Below, piece by piece: positions 1-9,306 of a stretch of DNA of 20,000 bases. Within the stretch, counting starts at the first letter, position 1. Every line of letters begins with the position of its first letter. The DNA is from an uncultured virus (IMG/VR IMGVR_UViG_3300036715_001702) (Duplodnaviria > Heunggongvirae > Uroviricota > Caudoviricetes), in the IMG/VR virus record IMGVR_UViG_3300036715_001702. The stretch is one strand, 5' to 3'. A program made the position numbers and the translations under genes. The notes beneath the pieces are model-generated. The model was not told the origin of the DNA. It saw only the letters and a program-made list of their open reading frames with translations, and searched no databases.

Positions 1-1
1 C

Positions 2-223
2 TACTAATTTAGTAGATAATGCAGCATCCAGAACATAAATCCCAGAGGATATAAATTCTTTAGTATTGATAAATTCATTAGTCTCTACTAAAGATCCTAT
101 AGGATTAACTTCTTTGCTAAGGAAATCATTCAATTTGCTAAATTCGAACACCTTAGTGTTGCTTTTCTGAGCTGCCGCTTTTGCGGAACTACCAGCAGTC
201 TTTACAGTTGCTTTTTTTGCCAT
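2..223 (-). CDS. uvsX: RecA/UvsX-like recombinase, N-terminal part (runs off the window edge)
   Basis: Manual translation from ATG at 223: MAKKATVKTAGSSAKAAAQKSNTKVFEFSKLNDFLSKEVNPIGSLVETNEFINTKEFISSGIYVLDAALSTKLV. FISSGIYVLDAALS matches the RecA/UvsX 'ISTGSxxLDxAL' motif that precedes the Walker A box. Not in the supplied ORF track. Confidence 0.75.
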   Translation of the reverse strand, partial: MAKKATVKTAGSSAKAAAQKSNTKVFEFSKLNDFLSKEVNPIGSLVETNEFINTKEFISSGIYVLDAALSTKLV

Positions 224-245
224 TTTTATTTTAATTATTTGATTA

Positions 246-272
246 ATATATGTCCTAAAACGTTAAAAGTTT
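246..272 (-). promoter_or_regulatory. Putative phage promoter AAACTT-N15-ATATAT upstream of uvsX
   Basis: The same bipartite motif with exact 15-nt spacing recurs at 5212-5238, 8984-9010 and 9364-9390. Confidence 0.45.
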
Positions 273-287
273 AAGTCGATTTTTATC

Positions 288-295
288 AATATATA
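288..295 (+). promoter_or_regulatory. Putative late promoter box AATATATA
   Basis: Lies 4 nt before the ATG at 300. An identical box lies 4 nt before the ATG at 4921. Resembles the T4 late promoter TATAAATA. Confidence 0.45.
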
Positions 296-299
296 GTTC

Positions 300-755
300 A
301 TGATAAATTTTGAACAATTCAGCAAAATAAATGAGATGTCTCTACCACCAGATAGCGTATTGAGATTGAACGGGCATCAGATCCTCACAAGATTGGTTTT
401 GGGCACAACTGCTCAGATCAAATTATACCATTGGCAGGCAACAAAGCACAACACCCACACTATACTAGGAGATCTTTATGATTTTTTCAACGAAGCTTCA
501 GATAAATTGATAGAAGTCCTGATGGGTCGATATGGCATCATTAATCTTGATATAGAAGATGTAAACAATACTCTGATGACGATGGATTTAAAAGAGATTA
601 CTGATATTGTTTCATTTCTGGATGTGACAATCTATATGTTGAAAAATACATATGTGTTAAATCTTACCGAAGGAGCAGATGATGATATAATAAGCATCAT
701 CCAGGAAATAACAGCAGAGTTAGAAAAAACAAAATACTTGATCAAACAAGCATAA
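300..755 (+). CDS. Ferritin/Dps-like four-helix protein (DUF5856-like) with an N-terminal capsid-targeting-like peptide
   Basis: KLYHWQ...HTILGDLY...DKLIEVLMGRYG and C-terminal EKTKYL fit the ferritin-like metal-ligand pattern. N-terminus is MINFEQFSKINE. Confidence 0.7.
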   Translation: MINFEQFSKINEMSLPPDSVLRLNGHQILTRLVLGTTAQIKLYHWQATKHNTHTILGDLYDFFNEASDKLIEVLMGRYGIINLDIEDVNNTLMTMDLKEITDIVSFLDVTIYMLKNTYVLNLTEGADDDIISIIQEITAELEKTKYLIKQA

Positions 756-1508
756 ATGGAGATATACAATTTCGAACAATTCAAAAAGCTTTACGAATCA
801 TCCGAACTTGATTGGTCCTTCAGCGGAGGAAATCCTGCAATGCCAGGAGGTCCTTATTCTGGATCTCATATAGATGATTACAATCTCTCTACTGATGGAT
901 ATAGCAAATTTACAATCAGTCAGAAATCATGGTTGAATACGTTAGATTTTATCACAAAAGCTGTTTTCAGCAAAGACGAAGTTACACCTAGGGTTTACAA
1001 AGGATATATGCCTTTGCAGAACATCACTAATGTGATCATACAGCGTCTTGAAAACAAGATCGATTCTGTCGATGTTTATCTGACGTTCGTGATGGACGAT
1101 ATAGAATACTGGTCGATATTCAGAAATTATGGTAGAATGCAACCTCCTAAGTTTGTATCAGAACTGACATTTAACAAAGAACATCATTCATTGAGCTACG
1201 ATAATTACGTGCGCTTGCAGGGCATATTGATCAATATGTTGGATGGTTTCTTTTCTAAGATAAACGGAAGATATAATTGTTTGAAAGATGGAGTTCTGGT
1301 TTATGACAAAATGGGAATAGATTATCTATTGAACAAAAAAACATATATCATCGTAGAGGACATGAGCAATCAACCCTTCGATAGATTTATCAAGATGAAG
1401 ATAAATATGGATAAAAATAATGTTAAAACTGTATACATGAGAGGTATAGATTGTCTGTACTTCAATTATTGGTTTGAACCTGTAGATTTAAAAAAAGAAT
1501 TAATATAA
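756..1508 (+). CDS. Hypothetical protein, possible virion internal protein
   Basis: 250-aa ORF abutting the upstream stop. N-terminus MEIYNFEQFKKLYE resembles the T4 capsid-targeting sequence. Confidence 0.6.
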   Translation: MEIYNFEQFKKLYESSELDWSFSGGNPAMPGGPYSGSHIDDYNLSTDGYSKFTISQKSWLNTLDFITKAVFSKDEVTPRVYKGYMPLQNITNVIIQRLENKIDSVDVYLTFVMDDIEYWSIFRNYGRMQPPKFVSELTFNKEHHSLSYDNYVRLQGILINMLDGFFSKINGRYNCLKDGVLVYDKMGIDYLLNKKTYIIVEDMSNQPFDRFIKMKINMDKNNVKTVYMRGIDCLYFNYWFEPVDLKKELI

Positions 1509-1510
1509 TC

Positions 1511-2038
1511 ATGATCACAGCTGAACAACTAACGAATATAATCGGTGTTAAATATGCCAACAAAGCGAGTCAGATAATTCCTTATCTGTTGCAGACTATA
1601 GAAATGTATCAGATAAATACTCCATTGAGACTGTGTCATTTTCTGGCTCAGGTTTTACATGAATCTGGAGGATTCTTCTATGTAGAAGAACTGGCTTCTG
1701 GAGCTGCATACGAAGGAAGAAAAGATCTGGGCAATATCAATGAAGGAGATGGTGTAAGGTTCAAAGGAAGAGCTTACATCCAGATCACAGGTCGAGCAAA
1801 TTACCAATCGATTACAAATGAATTCAAACACGATTTTGTTACAAATCCAAAGGATCTGTCCAACATAGAATATGCCATGAAGGCCTCAGGTTGGTTCTGG
1901 AACAAGAAGTCATTGAATCTATTGGCAGACAAAGATGATATAACAAGTATCACTAAAAAGGTTAACGGTGGACTTAACGGTTTCGATGATAGAAAATTGT
2001 GGCTTTCCAAATGTAAAAAAGTTTTAATGCCGGTTTAA
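1511..2038 (+). CDS. Glycoside hydrolase family 19 endolysin
   Basis: Motifs HFLAQVLHESGG, FKGRAYIQITGRANY, ASGWFW and ITKKVNGGLNGFDDR. Confidence 0.92.
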   Translation: MITAEQLTNIIGVKYANKASQIIPYLLQTIEMYQINTPLRLCHFLAQVLHESGGFFYVEELASGAAYEGRKDLGNINEGDGVRFKGRAYIQITGRANYQSITNEFKHDFVTNPKDLSNIEYAMKASGWFWNKKSLNLLADKDDITSITKKVNGGLNGFDDRKLWLSKCKKVLMPV

Positions 2039-2125
2039 AGATCATTGAATTAGTAAAAAAAATAAAAAGGAACTTATATGTTTAAATATGTAATATGAAT
2101 TTAAACATATAAGTTCACAAAAAAA

Positions 2126-2716
2126 ATGATAACAAATTTCAAGACATCCGTAAATGAAAACCTGCTGGTTCCTCGTAATATCGAAGGTCGCAAGGAAAAG
2201 CTCAAACAATTAAACACGAGGTTGCTTTCACAGGAAGTGATAGATGGAGATCTTGAAATTGACGAATCTTTCATGGATATTGATCCTAAATTTTTAAAGC
2301 TCAAGAAAGTGAATGGTGATGTTTGGTTAACAGGAAATCAATGGACAGAAATACCTGTATGGTTGAAAGATGTAGAAATATCTGGATATTTTGATTTTAC
2401 ATATAATAAATTGACATCATTAAAAAACTGTCCACATAAAATAGGAAGTAGTTTATATTGTTATCGTAACCAATTAATATCTCTCGAAGGATGCCCTGAA
2501 ACTTTAAAAGGGACGTTTGATTGCTCATATAATAAATTAAAGTCTTTAGAAGGATGTCCTAAAAATATAGGAGGATATTTTGATTGCTCACATAATAAAT
2601 TAACATCACTTAAAGGATGTCCTGAAAACATAGAAGGAAAATTTAAGTGTCATGATAATAAAACCGAATTAGAACTTCCTGATTATGTAAAATTAAAAGG
2701 TGAATTTATAAATTAA
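2126..2716 (+). CDS. LRR-like repeat protein (22-aa LxSLxGCPxxIxGxFxCxxN repeats), paralog 1
   Basis: About four tandem 22-aa repeats. Closely similar to 14126-14563 and 19903-20000. Confidence 0.8.
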   Translation: MITNFKTSVNENLLVPRNIEGRKEKLKQLNTRLLSQEVIDGDLEIDESFMDIDPKFLKLKKVNGDVWLTGNQWTEIPVWLKDVEISGYFDFTYNKLTSLKNCPHKIGSSLYCYRNQLISLEGCPETLKGTFDCSYNKLKSLEGCPKNIGGYFDCSHNKLTSLKGCPENIEGKFKCHDNKTELELPDYVKLKGEFIN

Positions 2717-2722
2717 ATTAAA

Positions 2723-2980
2723 TTAAACACCTTTTTTTAATGCATCATTAATCGTGTTCATTAGTTGAAACCAGTGAATTTTGTATTCTTTCCAAGGATT
2801 TTCCTTACTGATAAAATACACAAAAGTATTAATATTTGTGTGTTTTTCAGTAGTATATGATGTTTTCTCATCTATGATTTCTACTTTAAAGTTAGGAAAA
2901 CATTGTTCAGAAATCTTTTTTATTTCTTCTTTATTCTCTTCTGTTAAAGAAGATTTTATGGATTCTAAAAATAATTGCAT
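2723..2980 (-). CDS. Hypothetical protein
   Basis: 85-aa ORF, last of a tightly packed minus-strand operon running 4862 to 2723. Confidence 0.6.
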   Translation of the reverse strand: MQLFLESIKSSLTEENKEEIKKISEQCFPNFKVEIIDEKTSYTTEKHTNINTFVYFISKENPWKEYKIHWFQLMNTINDALKKGV

Positions 2981-2981
2981 T

Positions 2982-3239
2982 TTAAAAATTTGTTTTATTG
3001 TTGAAATCTGTTTGTTCTTTTTTTATTAATTCTAAAAATTTTATCCACTGTTTGTTATCGTTGACTATTGTGTCAATGCCAACTTCTTGTATGTGGTTTG
3101 CTATCATGAAACATCCTTCCAGATTTGAATGCATGTCTAGTTCGAAACATATTCTTGAAGAAGCATAGATACATATATTCATATCAGTTATGTCATATGA
3201 ATTTTCTAAGATCTGCTTGATCAACCTTTCTATTTGCAT
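2982..3239 (-). CDS. Hypothetical protein
   Basis: 85-aa ORF overlapping the upstream stop and abutting the next start. Confidence 0.6.
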   Translation of the reverse strand: MQIERLIKQILENSYDITDMNICIYASSRICFELDMHSNLEGCFMIANHIQEVGIDTIVNDNKQWIKFLELIKKEQTDFNNKTNF

Positions 3240-3784
3240 AATTCTATCAATTTTCCTAGTCTTGGCTCTGCTAATCCTGTTCCATAAATATAAGCATTAT
3301 CTTTAAAAGTTCGAATTCCATATGATCCAAGTTCGCATTCTTTATCTTTTACCATTCCAACTATATCAATTGAACCATCATAGTTCTTGACAATTTTACA
3401 ATTTATGTAATTTTTGAAAAAATTGAAGGCATCAGTAACCATACTGTGCAATATAACACCATTCACATCTTTAGTTTCGATGAGTTCTAATTTCATGAAA
3501 TATTTTCCATGTAGAGAATCTTCGATATCGTCTCTGAAGCAAGGTGTGATTGCACAATATCTGCCTTTAGGAAGGTCTTCATCCTCAATTTTTTGCAAGA
3601 AAGATTGTTCTCCAGAAGCGACTAACACTTTGTCTTCAACAAAGAAATCTTTATGATGCTCAGGTTTTGTATGAACGCTGATATCTGGATAAACGGTCCA
3701 ATCTACATCAGTGTATGTGTAACCCAAGTTTTCGTAATGATCTAGTGCTTCTATAAATCTTCTATAATTGATTATGTTTTCCAT
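3230..3784 (-). CDS. Stand-alone class II aminoacyl-tRNA synthetase-like catalytic core
   Basis: Motif-2-like TPCFRDD..H.KYFMKLE, ASGEQ (TxE-like), ELGSYG and motif-3-like GTGLAEPRL. No tRNA-binding domain. ATG 3784 is the likelier start; the ORF track gives 3814. Confidence 0.65.
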   Translation of the reverse strand: MENIINYRRFIEALDHYENLGYTYTDVDWTVYPDISVHTKPEHHKDFFVEDKVLVASGEQSFLQKIEDEDLPKGRYCAITPCFRDDIEDSLHGKYFMKLELIETKDVNGVILHSMVTDAFNFFKNYINCKIVKNYDGSIDIVGMVKDKECELGSYGIRTFKDNAYIYGTGLAEPRLGKLIELCK

Positions 3785-3791
3785 ATTTAAA

Positions 3792-4862
3792 TTAGTTTCT
3801 GTATCCGTTTTCAAATGCTCTTTTTGTTATATTACTAAATTTTTCAAGATCTTCCATTTTCAATCCTTGATTTTCAGCAAAGGCTCTAATGGCACCATAT
3901 AAATCTGATAGTTCTACCATCATCATAATCTTGCAATCTTGTTCCATAGCATCTTTTAGTTCTTCTAATTCTTCTTCTATTTTCGAAATATCTCCAAGTG
4001 TTCCTTTTTTGATATCTTTTAAATGATAACCTTTTTCTATTATATCAGGGAATATTTTTCCATCATTCCTTATAGAAAAAAGAATTTTGTCTGATGTATT
4101 TTCTGGATATGCTACTTTGCCATGTTCTGATGAAAATAACAATTCGTCATTTGAATTTTTTATTGCATAATCGTATATGCAAGATTTAATCGGTGTATAG
4201 AATAAATCTTTCATCATTTCTTCTTGAGTATAGAATTTTTCTTTCTGATAAGGAACTTCTCTATCATTATATTTATCTATGTTGTGATTTTTGTATTTCA
4301 AAACTTTGTGAGCAATAGGATAAACATGATATCTATGATAAGTTTTATGAATCCCAGTTTCAGACATTTCTATTATCACATTATCAGTATTATCATAAGC
4401 TACTAACATTCCTGTTACAGATTCGTCGTCTCTTATTTTTACTAATGAATTGATATCAATATTCTTATCATAGACTTCGTAGTAATATGTATCGCTGTAT
4501 GAATACAATTTTTCTTTAATCTTTTTCTCTACATCCTTTGTGTTGTAGATCATATCTAATGAACTATCGTCTATAGTATCCAATCCTATCAACAGGCTTT
4601 TTTGTTTTTCGTCTAGCTGTATGACTTTGTAGGGTTCACATAAAGGCCAAAGCTCATTCACTGTATATAAATAATCGTTTATCACATATGTTGTATTTAT
4701 TGTTGATTCATAAACATGATCTATGTTTTCTACATTCATGTTTCCTGATGCATTTTTTATCACTACTAATGAACCTGTTTTTAAGTTTGGATATCCTTCA
4801 TATATTTCAGATAAGAACAAGATCTCGTTAAGATAGTTTCTATGTATGTGATATTTTGCCAT
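3792..4862 (-). CDS. Protein with a C-terminal MazG/HisE-like all-alpha NTP pyrophosphohydrolase domain
   Basis: C-terminal KIEEELEELKDA...ELSDLYGAI fits the ExxE...ExxD metal-binding pattern. The N-terminal ~275 aa are unrecognised. Confidence 0.6.
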   Translation of the reverse strand: MAKYHIHRNYLNEILFLSEIYEGYPNLKTGSLVVIKNASGNMNVENIDHVYESTINTTYVINDYLYTVNELWPLCEPYKVIQLDEKQKSLLIGLDTIDDSSLDMIYNTKDVEKKIKEKLYSYSDTYYYEVYDKNIDINSLVKIRDDESVTGMLVAYDNTDNVIIEMSETGIHKTYHRYHVYPIAHKVLKYKNHNIDKYNDREVPYQKEKFYTQEEMMKDLFYTPIKSCIYDYAIKNSNDELLFSSEHGKVAYPENTSDKILFSIRNDGKIFPDIIEKGYHLKDIKKGTLGDISKIEEELEELKDAMEQDCKIMMMVELSDLYGAIRAFAENQGLKMEDLEKFSNITKRAFENGYRN

Positions 4863-4908
4863 GTTTTATAAGTTTGATATTTTTATTACAAAATGACACA
4901 AAGTTTTA

Positions 4909-4916
4909 AATATATA
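4909..4916 (+). promoter_or_regulatory. Putative late promoter box AATATATA
   Basis: Lies 4 nt before ATG 4921, the same geometry as 288-295. Confidence 0.45.
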
Positions 4917-4920
4917 CACT

Positions 4921-5211
4921 ATGATTTTAAATTTTAAACAATTCTTAAACGAGGACGCTTATGCTAATGCTGCAAATGTTACAGGTATGGGAGCAGTCGT
5001 AACATCGCAACCTTCTGCAATACCTGGAGATGCTTCTGGGGCCACAACTGGTTCTGGTGATATAGGATTCCCTTTTGCTATGTATACAAAAATGCCACAA
5101 TTCGGATATGGAAAATACGAACCCAAGATCAAAAAACCAAAGAAGGATAAGAAATCTAAATCTAAACTTGCAAATTTGTACAGTTTTGATGAGTTTTCTA
5201 TTCAAGATTAA
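4921..5211 (+). CDS. Small Gly/Ala-rich, Lys-tailed protein, probable head internal protein
   Basis: N-terminus MILNFKQFLNE is close to the T4 internal-protein targeting peptide MKTYQEFIAE. C-terminus is basic. Confidence 0.65.
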   Translation: MILNFKQFLNEDAYANAANVTGMGAVVTSQPSAIPGDASGATTGSGDIGFPFAMYTKMPQFGYGKYEPKIKKPKKDKKSKSKLANLYSFDEFSIQD

Positions 5212-5239
5212 AAACTTTTATGATCATTTTGTATATTTG
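5212..5239 (+). promoter_or_regulatory. Promoter of the gmk-dnaJ operon (TATATTTG box overlapping AAACTT-N15-ATAT)
   Basis: TATATTTG at 5232-5239 matches the Bacteroidota -7 consensus TAnnTTTG and lies 5 nt before the ATG. AAACTT is at 5212-5217. Confidence 0.55.
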
Positions 5240-5244
5240 TTGTT

Positions 5245-5727
5245 ATGACAACATCAAGTAAACTGCTCATACTGGGAAAAGGAGCTGCCGGAAAAGACCA
5301 TCTTTGCAGACGCTTTGAAAAAAGAGGATTTACCAAATCTATCAGCTACACAACAAGGCCCATCAGACTTAATGAAAAAGATGGTATCGATTATCATTTC
5401 ATATCTGAAGAACAATTCAAATCAATGTCAGATGCTAATGCATGGCAAGAACAAGATTGTTTCAGAGGTTGGTATTACGGTACAACAAAAGATTCTTTTG
5501 AAGATAATAATCTTTTCATAAAAACTCCAAGAGTTTTGGCAGCAATGAAACCTGAAGACCGAGCTCAATGTTTTGTTATTTATTTAAATCCTCCAAAAGA
5601 CATAATTAGAAAAAGACTAGAATATAGAAATGATGCCGATGATGTAGAACGTCGCATAAGAACAGATGAAGAAGCCTTCGCAGATTTCAAAGATTACGAT
5701 TTAATGATTACAGACCCAAATTTTTAA
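5245..5727 (+). CDS. gmk: Guanylate kinase
   Basis: P-loop GKGAAGKD, plus SYTTRPIRLNEKDGIDYHFIS and YYGT motifs. Confidence 0.9.
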   Translation: MTTSSKLLILGKGAAGKDHLCRRFEKRGFTKSISYTTRPIRLNEKDGIDYHFISEEQFKSMSDANAWQEQDCFRGWYYGTTKDSFEDNNLFIKTPRVLAAMKPEDRAQCFVIYLNPPKDIIRKRLEYRNDADDVERRIRTDEEAFADFKDYDLMITDPNF

Positions 5728-5730
5728 AAT

Positions 5731-6759
5731 ATGAACACAAGTATAGATTACTACAGAATTTTAGAGACTAAAAATAATGCAACAGAGACTGAAATAAAAA
5801 AAGCTTTCAGAAATCTTTCCAAACAATATCATCCGGATAAAAATCCAGATAATAAAGAATTTGAAGAGAAATTTAAAAGTGTAGCTGAAGCATATGCCGT
5901 ATTAGGAGATAAAACTAAAAAAGCTGACTACGATAAAAAAAGTCATTTTGGAAACAACTACGATCCTAATTATGGTACTTATCAGAGTTTTGGAAATGGA
6001 GGTTTTGATCCATTTGCTCATATGAAACAAGCATATGCCAAAGCTGAAGAATCTAGACGCAGAGCTTTGGAATTATCCATAGCAATGACAGTTACGATCA
6101 CATTAGCAGAAGCTTACAATGACGAGACTCTGACAAAAAAATATAAAAGAAGAGTTCCTTGTGATACTTGCAATGGTTGTGGCTACGATGATAAGAAGGA
6201 TGTATATGATTGTGAACTATGTAATAACACAGGAAAAGATGCAAAAACAGGAAAAAATTGTAAATCGTGTAAAGGCAGTGGAGCTTTAGGTATACATAAA
6301 TGCGAGACTTGTAAAGGCAGAGGTTTAGTAGAGAAGGAATTTTCATTCAACATACAAAATCCTAGCAGGTTTATAAATAGCGAAGAACAACAATTTGTGA
6401 ACCAAGGCCATGGTAATTATTCTGATGATATGTCAGAGCTTGGTCACCTCATCATCAATGTCAAGATTGAAGAAAATAATAAATATTCATTCCAGAACGG
6501 AGACATATACTATACCTTAGATCTGCATTATCAGGATGTTATAGATGGCATAAAGGTTCAACATCAACATTTGGATGGAAAGGTATATGCAGTACAAATT
6601 CCTGAAAAATGCAAAGATGGAAATGTATTAAAATTGGCTGGCAAAGGTATAACATATCACAATCCTTACAATGGGCAGAAATACAGAGGAAATCTGTTAT
6701 TAACAGTCAATGTGATTATTGATTATGATAGAGTACAATCTAAAGTTCAACAAAACTAA
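5731..6759 (+). CDS. dnaJ: DnaJ co-chaperone
   Basis: J domain (DYYRIL, YHPDKNP), four CxxCxGxG-like repeats and a C-terminal substrate-binding domain. Confidence 0.92.
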   Translation: MNTSIDYYRILETKNNATETEIKKAFRNLSKQYHPDKNPDNKEFEEKFKSVAEAYAVLGDKTKKADYDKKSHFGNNYDPNYGTYQSFGNGGFDPFAHMKQAYAKAEESRRRALELSIAMTVTITLAEAYNDETLTKKYKRRVPCDTCNGCGYDDKKDVYDCELCNNTGKDAKTGKNCKSCKGSGALGIHKCETCKGRGLVEKEFSFNIQNPSRFINSEEQQFVNQGHGNYSDDMSELGHLIINVKIEENNKYSFQNGDIYYTLDLHYQDVIDGIKVQHQHLDGKVYAVQIPEKCKDGNVLKLAGKGITYHNPYNGQKYRGNLLLTVNVIIDYDRVQSKVQQN

Positions 6760-6783
6760 TTAACTTTTTTAAATAAAATATAC

Positions 6784-7560
6784 ATGAGCACTAAAAATTC
6801 AATCACAGATGTAAACTGTGTTTTTACAAAAGATGGACTGACTACATTTCTTGTCAACTTGCAAGATCTTGCAAAGATCAATAAAGATCATACCGTAAAG
6901 GTGATCTTTGATCATGATAAAACTTTAATGTATACGTTAAATGGTGCTACAATATTCAAGACTTGTCAATTAGATAACAAAGATCTTTTTTCATCATTTC
7001 CAGATGAATTCAAAGAACAGATATCAATGATGATTTTAGATGCTGATAAGTTTGTAAAACGTATGGCATTCTATAGAGATTCTGAAGAAGTCAAAGCTAC
7101 ATTAGGTTACAGAAAGAATTATTCTGGACAAAACTATGTATATTATTTCAAAGCCAATGACAAGAAATTGAAAATGAGCATAGTGTGCGGAGAACAAAAT
7201 AAATTGGATGTGATCACACGAACTCAGATACAGACGAAAGTAGATGCTCCTTCAGATTTCATATTTAATATAGATATAGAAAAGTTACAAAAAATCAAAA
7301 AATTGAGTGCATTATATCCAGATGATACGACTTTAACAATAAGGATAAAAAACAACAAGTTATTTTTTGAAGAAGAAGATAAATGGTCGATGCATGTTGA
7401 TGATGTAGAAAGTGAGAATGCTTCATATAGATTTACTAAGAAATATATCAATTCTATAAACAATAGCAATTCTGTAAAGATAGAAATGAAAGGTTTGTTT
7501 ATGACAATTTCAAATGAAACAGTATTATTGATGATAGGATTGGAAGTTAGTGATTTCTAA
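6784..7560 (+). CDS. Probable DNA polymerase sliding clamp (gp45/PCNA-like)
   Basis: 258 aa with a two-fold repeated helix-plus-beta pattern, next to the DNA ligase. No diagnostic motif. Confidence 0.45.
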   Translation: MSTKNSITDVNCVFTKDGLTTFLVNLQDLAKINKDHTVKVIFDHDKTLMYTLNGATIFKTCQLDNKDLFSSFPDEFKEQISMMILDADKFVKRMAFYRDSEEVKATLGYRKNYSGQNYVYYFKANDKKLKMSIVCGEQNKLDVITRTQIQTKVDAPSDFIFNIDIEKLQKIKKLSALYPDDTTLTIRIKNNKLFFEEEDKWSMHVDDVESENASYRFTKKYINSINNSNSVKIEMKGLFMTISNETVLLMIGLEVSDF

Positions 7561-7574
7561 TAAATTTTAAAAAT

Positions 7575-8717
7575 ATGTATACAAAAGAAGAATTAGAGTA
7601 CCTTGATTACAAGGAATCTTATTATTTGGGAAATCCAAAAATTTCAGATCCTGAATTTGATAAATTTGAAGATCTACTAAGAAAGAAAGGATCCAGAGTT
7701 GTTGATATAGTAGGATATACGATCAAGAATAAAAAAGATGTATATGATCATCCTTCAGATATGTTATCACTTGAAAAATTGCAAGTGAATGATGAAGAAA
7801 ACATACCATTGGATGAACTTGAAAAATGGATGAACCAGATGTCAGGTAGTATCATCGAGATAAGCCCTAAATACGATGGCAATGCAATTAATTGTATTTA
7901 TCAGGATGGTGTACTGATCAAAGCTTTAACAAGAGGTAGTAAAACTCAAGGGTTCGAAAGGATTAACAAATTGAAACACTTGGTTCCTAATATAATTCCA
8001 TTGAAAGGAACTGTACAAATCAGAGGTGAAATAGTTATCACTGATAAAGAGTACCAAAAATACAGAGATCCTGAAAAAATATCAAATGCTCGTAATTTTG
8101 TTGCTGGAATTTTAAACAGAGATGAAGTTGATTTTGATATTATTAACGATCTAGTATTTGTTGCATATTCATGTCTGTTGAATAATGGATACATAGATAA
8201 TACTATGCAACAATTGGAAAATTTTGGTTTCAACGCTATACATAAACCTTTCCTTAGAAAATTTTCTAATATTTCAGATTTTCCAGCATTGTATAAAGAA
8301 TTCAAACAATATAGAAAGAATATCAGTGAATTTCTGTTAGATGGTATAGTTCTCAAATTTCCTGAAAGTATTCGTCCTATTTTATCAGAGACTGATCATC
8401 ATCCAAGGTGGGGTTTGGCAATCAAGTTTGAAACTGACATAGTAGAGACTGAAATTTTAGATATTATCTGGAACGTTTCAACAACTGGCGAATTGTCTCC
8501 TGTTGCTATATTGAAACCTGTAGAACTTTTAGGAACCATAGTTCAGAAAGCATCTCTTTATAATTTAGGATCTATCATAACAATGAGATCTTTTCCTGGA
8601 GCTACAGTAAAGATTAGAAAATCTGGAGAAATAATACCACAAATATTAAGTGTTATAATTCCTTCACCAAATGAAGATCAATATTTAAAACAATATGAAG
8701 AAAGATGCAGAGTATAG
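7575..8717 (+). CDS. ligA: NAD+-dependent DNA ligase, short form (domain Ia, adenylation and OB domains only)
   Basis: YYLGNPKISDPEFD (Ia), MLSL, KYDG active site, TRG, IRGE, NARNFVAG, DGIVLK, PRWGLAIKF and SGEIIPQI. The protein ends right after the OB fold. Confidence 0.9.
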   Translation: MYTKEELEYLDYKESYYLGNPKISDPEFDKFEDLLRKKGSRVVDIVGYTIKNKKDVYDHPSDMLSLEKLQVNDEENIPLDELEKWMNQMSGSIIEISPKYDGNAINCIYQDGVLIKALTRGSKTQGFERINKLKHLVPNIIPLKGTVQIRGEIVITDKEYQKYRDPEKISNARNFVAGILNRDEVDFDIINDLVFVAYSCLLNNGYIDNTMQQLENFGFNAIHKPFLRKFSNISDFPALYKEFKQYRKNISEFLLDGIVLKFPESIRPILSETDHHPRWGLAIKFETDIVETEILDIIWNVSTTGELSPVAILKPVELLGTIVQKASLYNLGSIITMRSFPGATVKIRKSGEIIPQILSVIIPSPNEDQYLKQYEERCRV

Positions 8718-8971
8718 AAGATATTAAAAAATCGGCATTGTTTTATTTGTTAGACTATAAAGATAAAACTTTTATAGCGATACACGAAACCAATATTGAG
8801 CAAACTCAGCAGATTGGATTTACGATAGCGTGGAATAAAAATAAAAAAGAATTTGATTATTCATATGGCCCAACATTCATGATGAATGAATATGTAGATC
8901 GTTGCATAGCGAACAAAAGATTTGATATGACAAATTCTTATGAAGAAGCATTGAAACATATCAAAAAATAA
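8705..8971 (+). CDS. Hypothetical protein
   Basis: 88-aa ORF overlapping the ligA stop. Confidence 0.6.
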   Translation: MQSIEDIKKSALFYLLDYKDKTFIAIHETNIEQTQQIGFTIAWNKNKKEFDYSYGPTFMMNEYVDRCIANKRFDMTNSYEEALKHIKK

Positions 8972-8983
8972 TATTTTACTCTA

Positions 8984-9010
8984 AAACTTTTAAAATAAAT
9001 TTTCATATTA
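8984..9010 (+). promoter_or_regulatory. Putative phage promoter AAACTT-N15-ATATTA
   Basis: Recurrent bipartite motif, intergenic, upstream of the H1-like gene. Confidence 0.4.
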
Positions 9011-9055
9011 CATATCTAAATATTAAATTAGCAATAAATAAAACAACAAACAAAT

Positions 9056-9280
9056 ATGGCAACTTCATCAACTAAAAAAGCAGCTCCTAAAAAAGCTGCA
9101 GCGAAAAAGACTGTCGCAGCGAAAGCTCCAGCAAAAAAAGCAACAACTAAAGCTGCACCAGCTAAAAAAGCTGCACCAGCTAAAACTACAACAGCTAAAG
9201 TTGCACCAGCAAAATCTGCTGCTAAGAAAGCTGTAGTGAAGAAATCAGCTCCTAAAAAAGAAGCTGCTCGTCCTCAGTAG
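9056..9280 (+). CDS. Histone H1-like Lys/Ala/Pro-rich DNA-binding protein
   Basis: Repeated KKAAP/KAPAK units, an A-rich translation initiation region and its own terminator. Confidence 0.75.
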   Translation: MATSSTKKAAPKKAAAKKTVAAKAPAKKATTKAAPAKKAAPAKTTTAKVAPAKSAAKKAVVKKSAPKKEAARPQ

Positions 9281-9306
9281 TTATAATAAAAATAGTTAAA
9301 ATAGAT

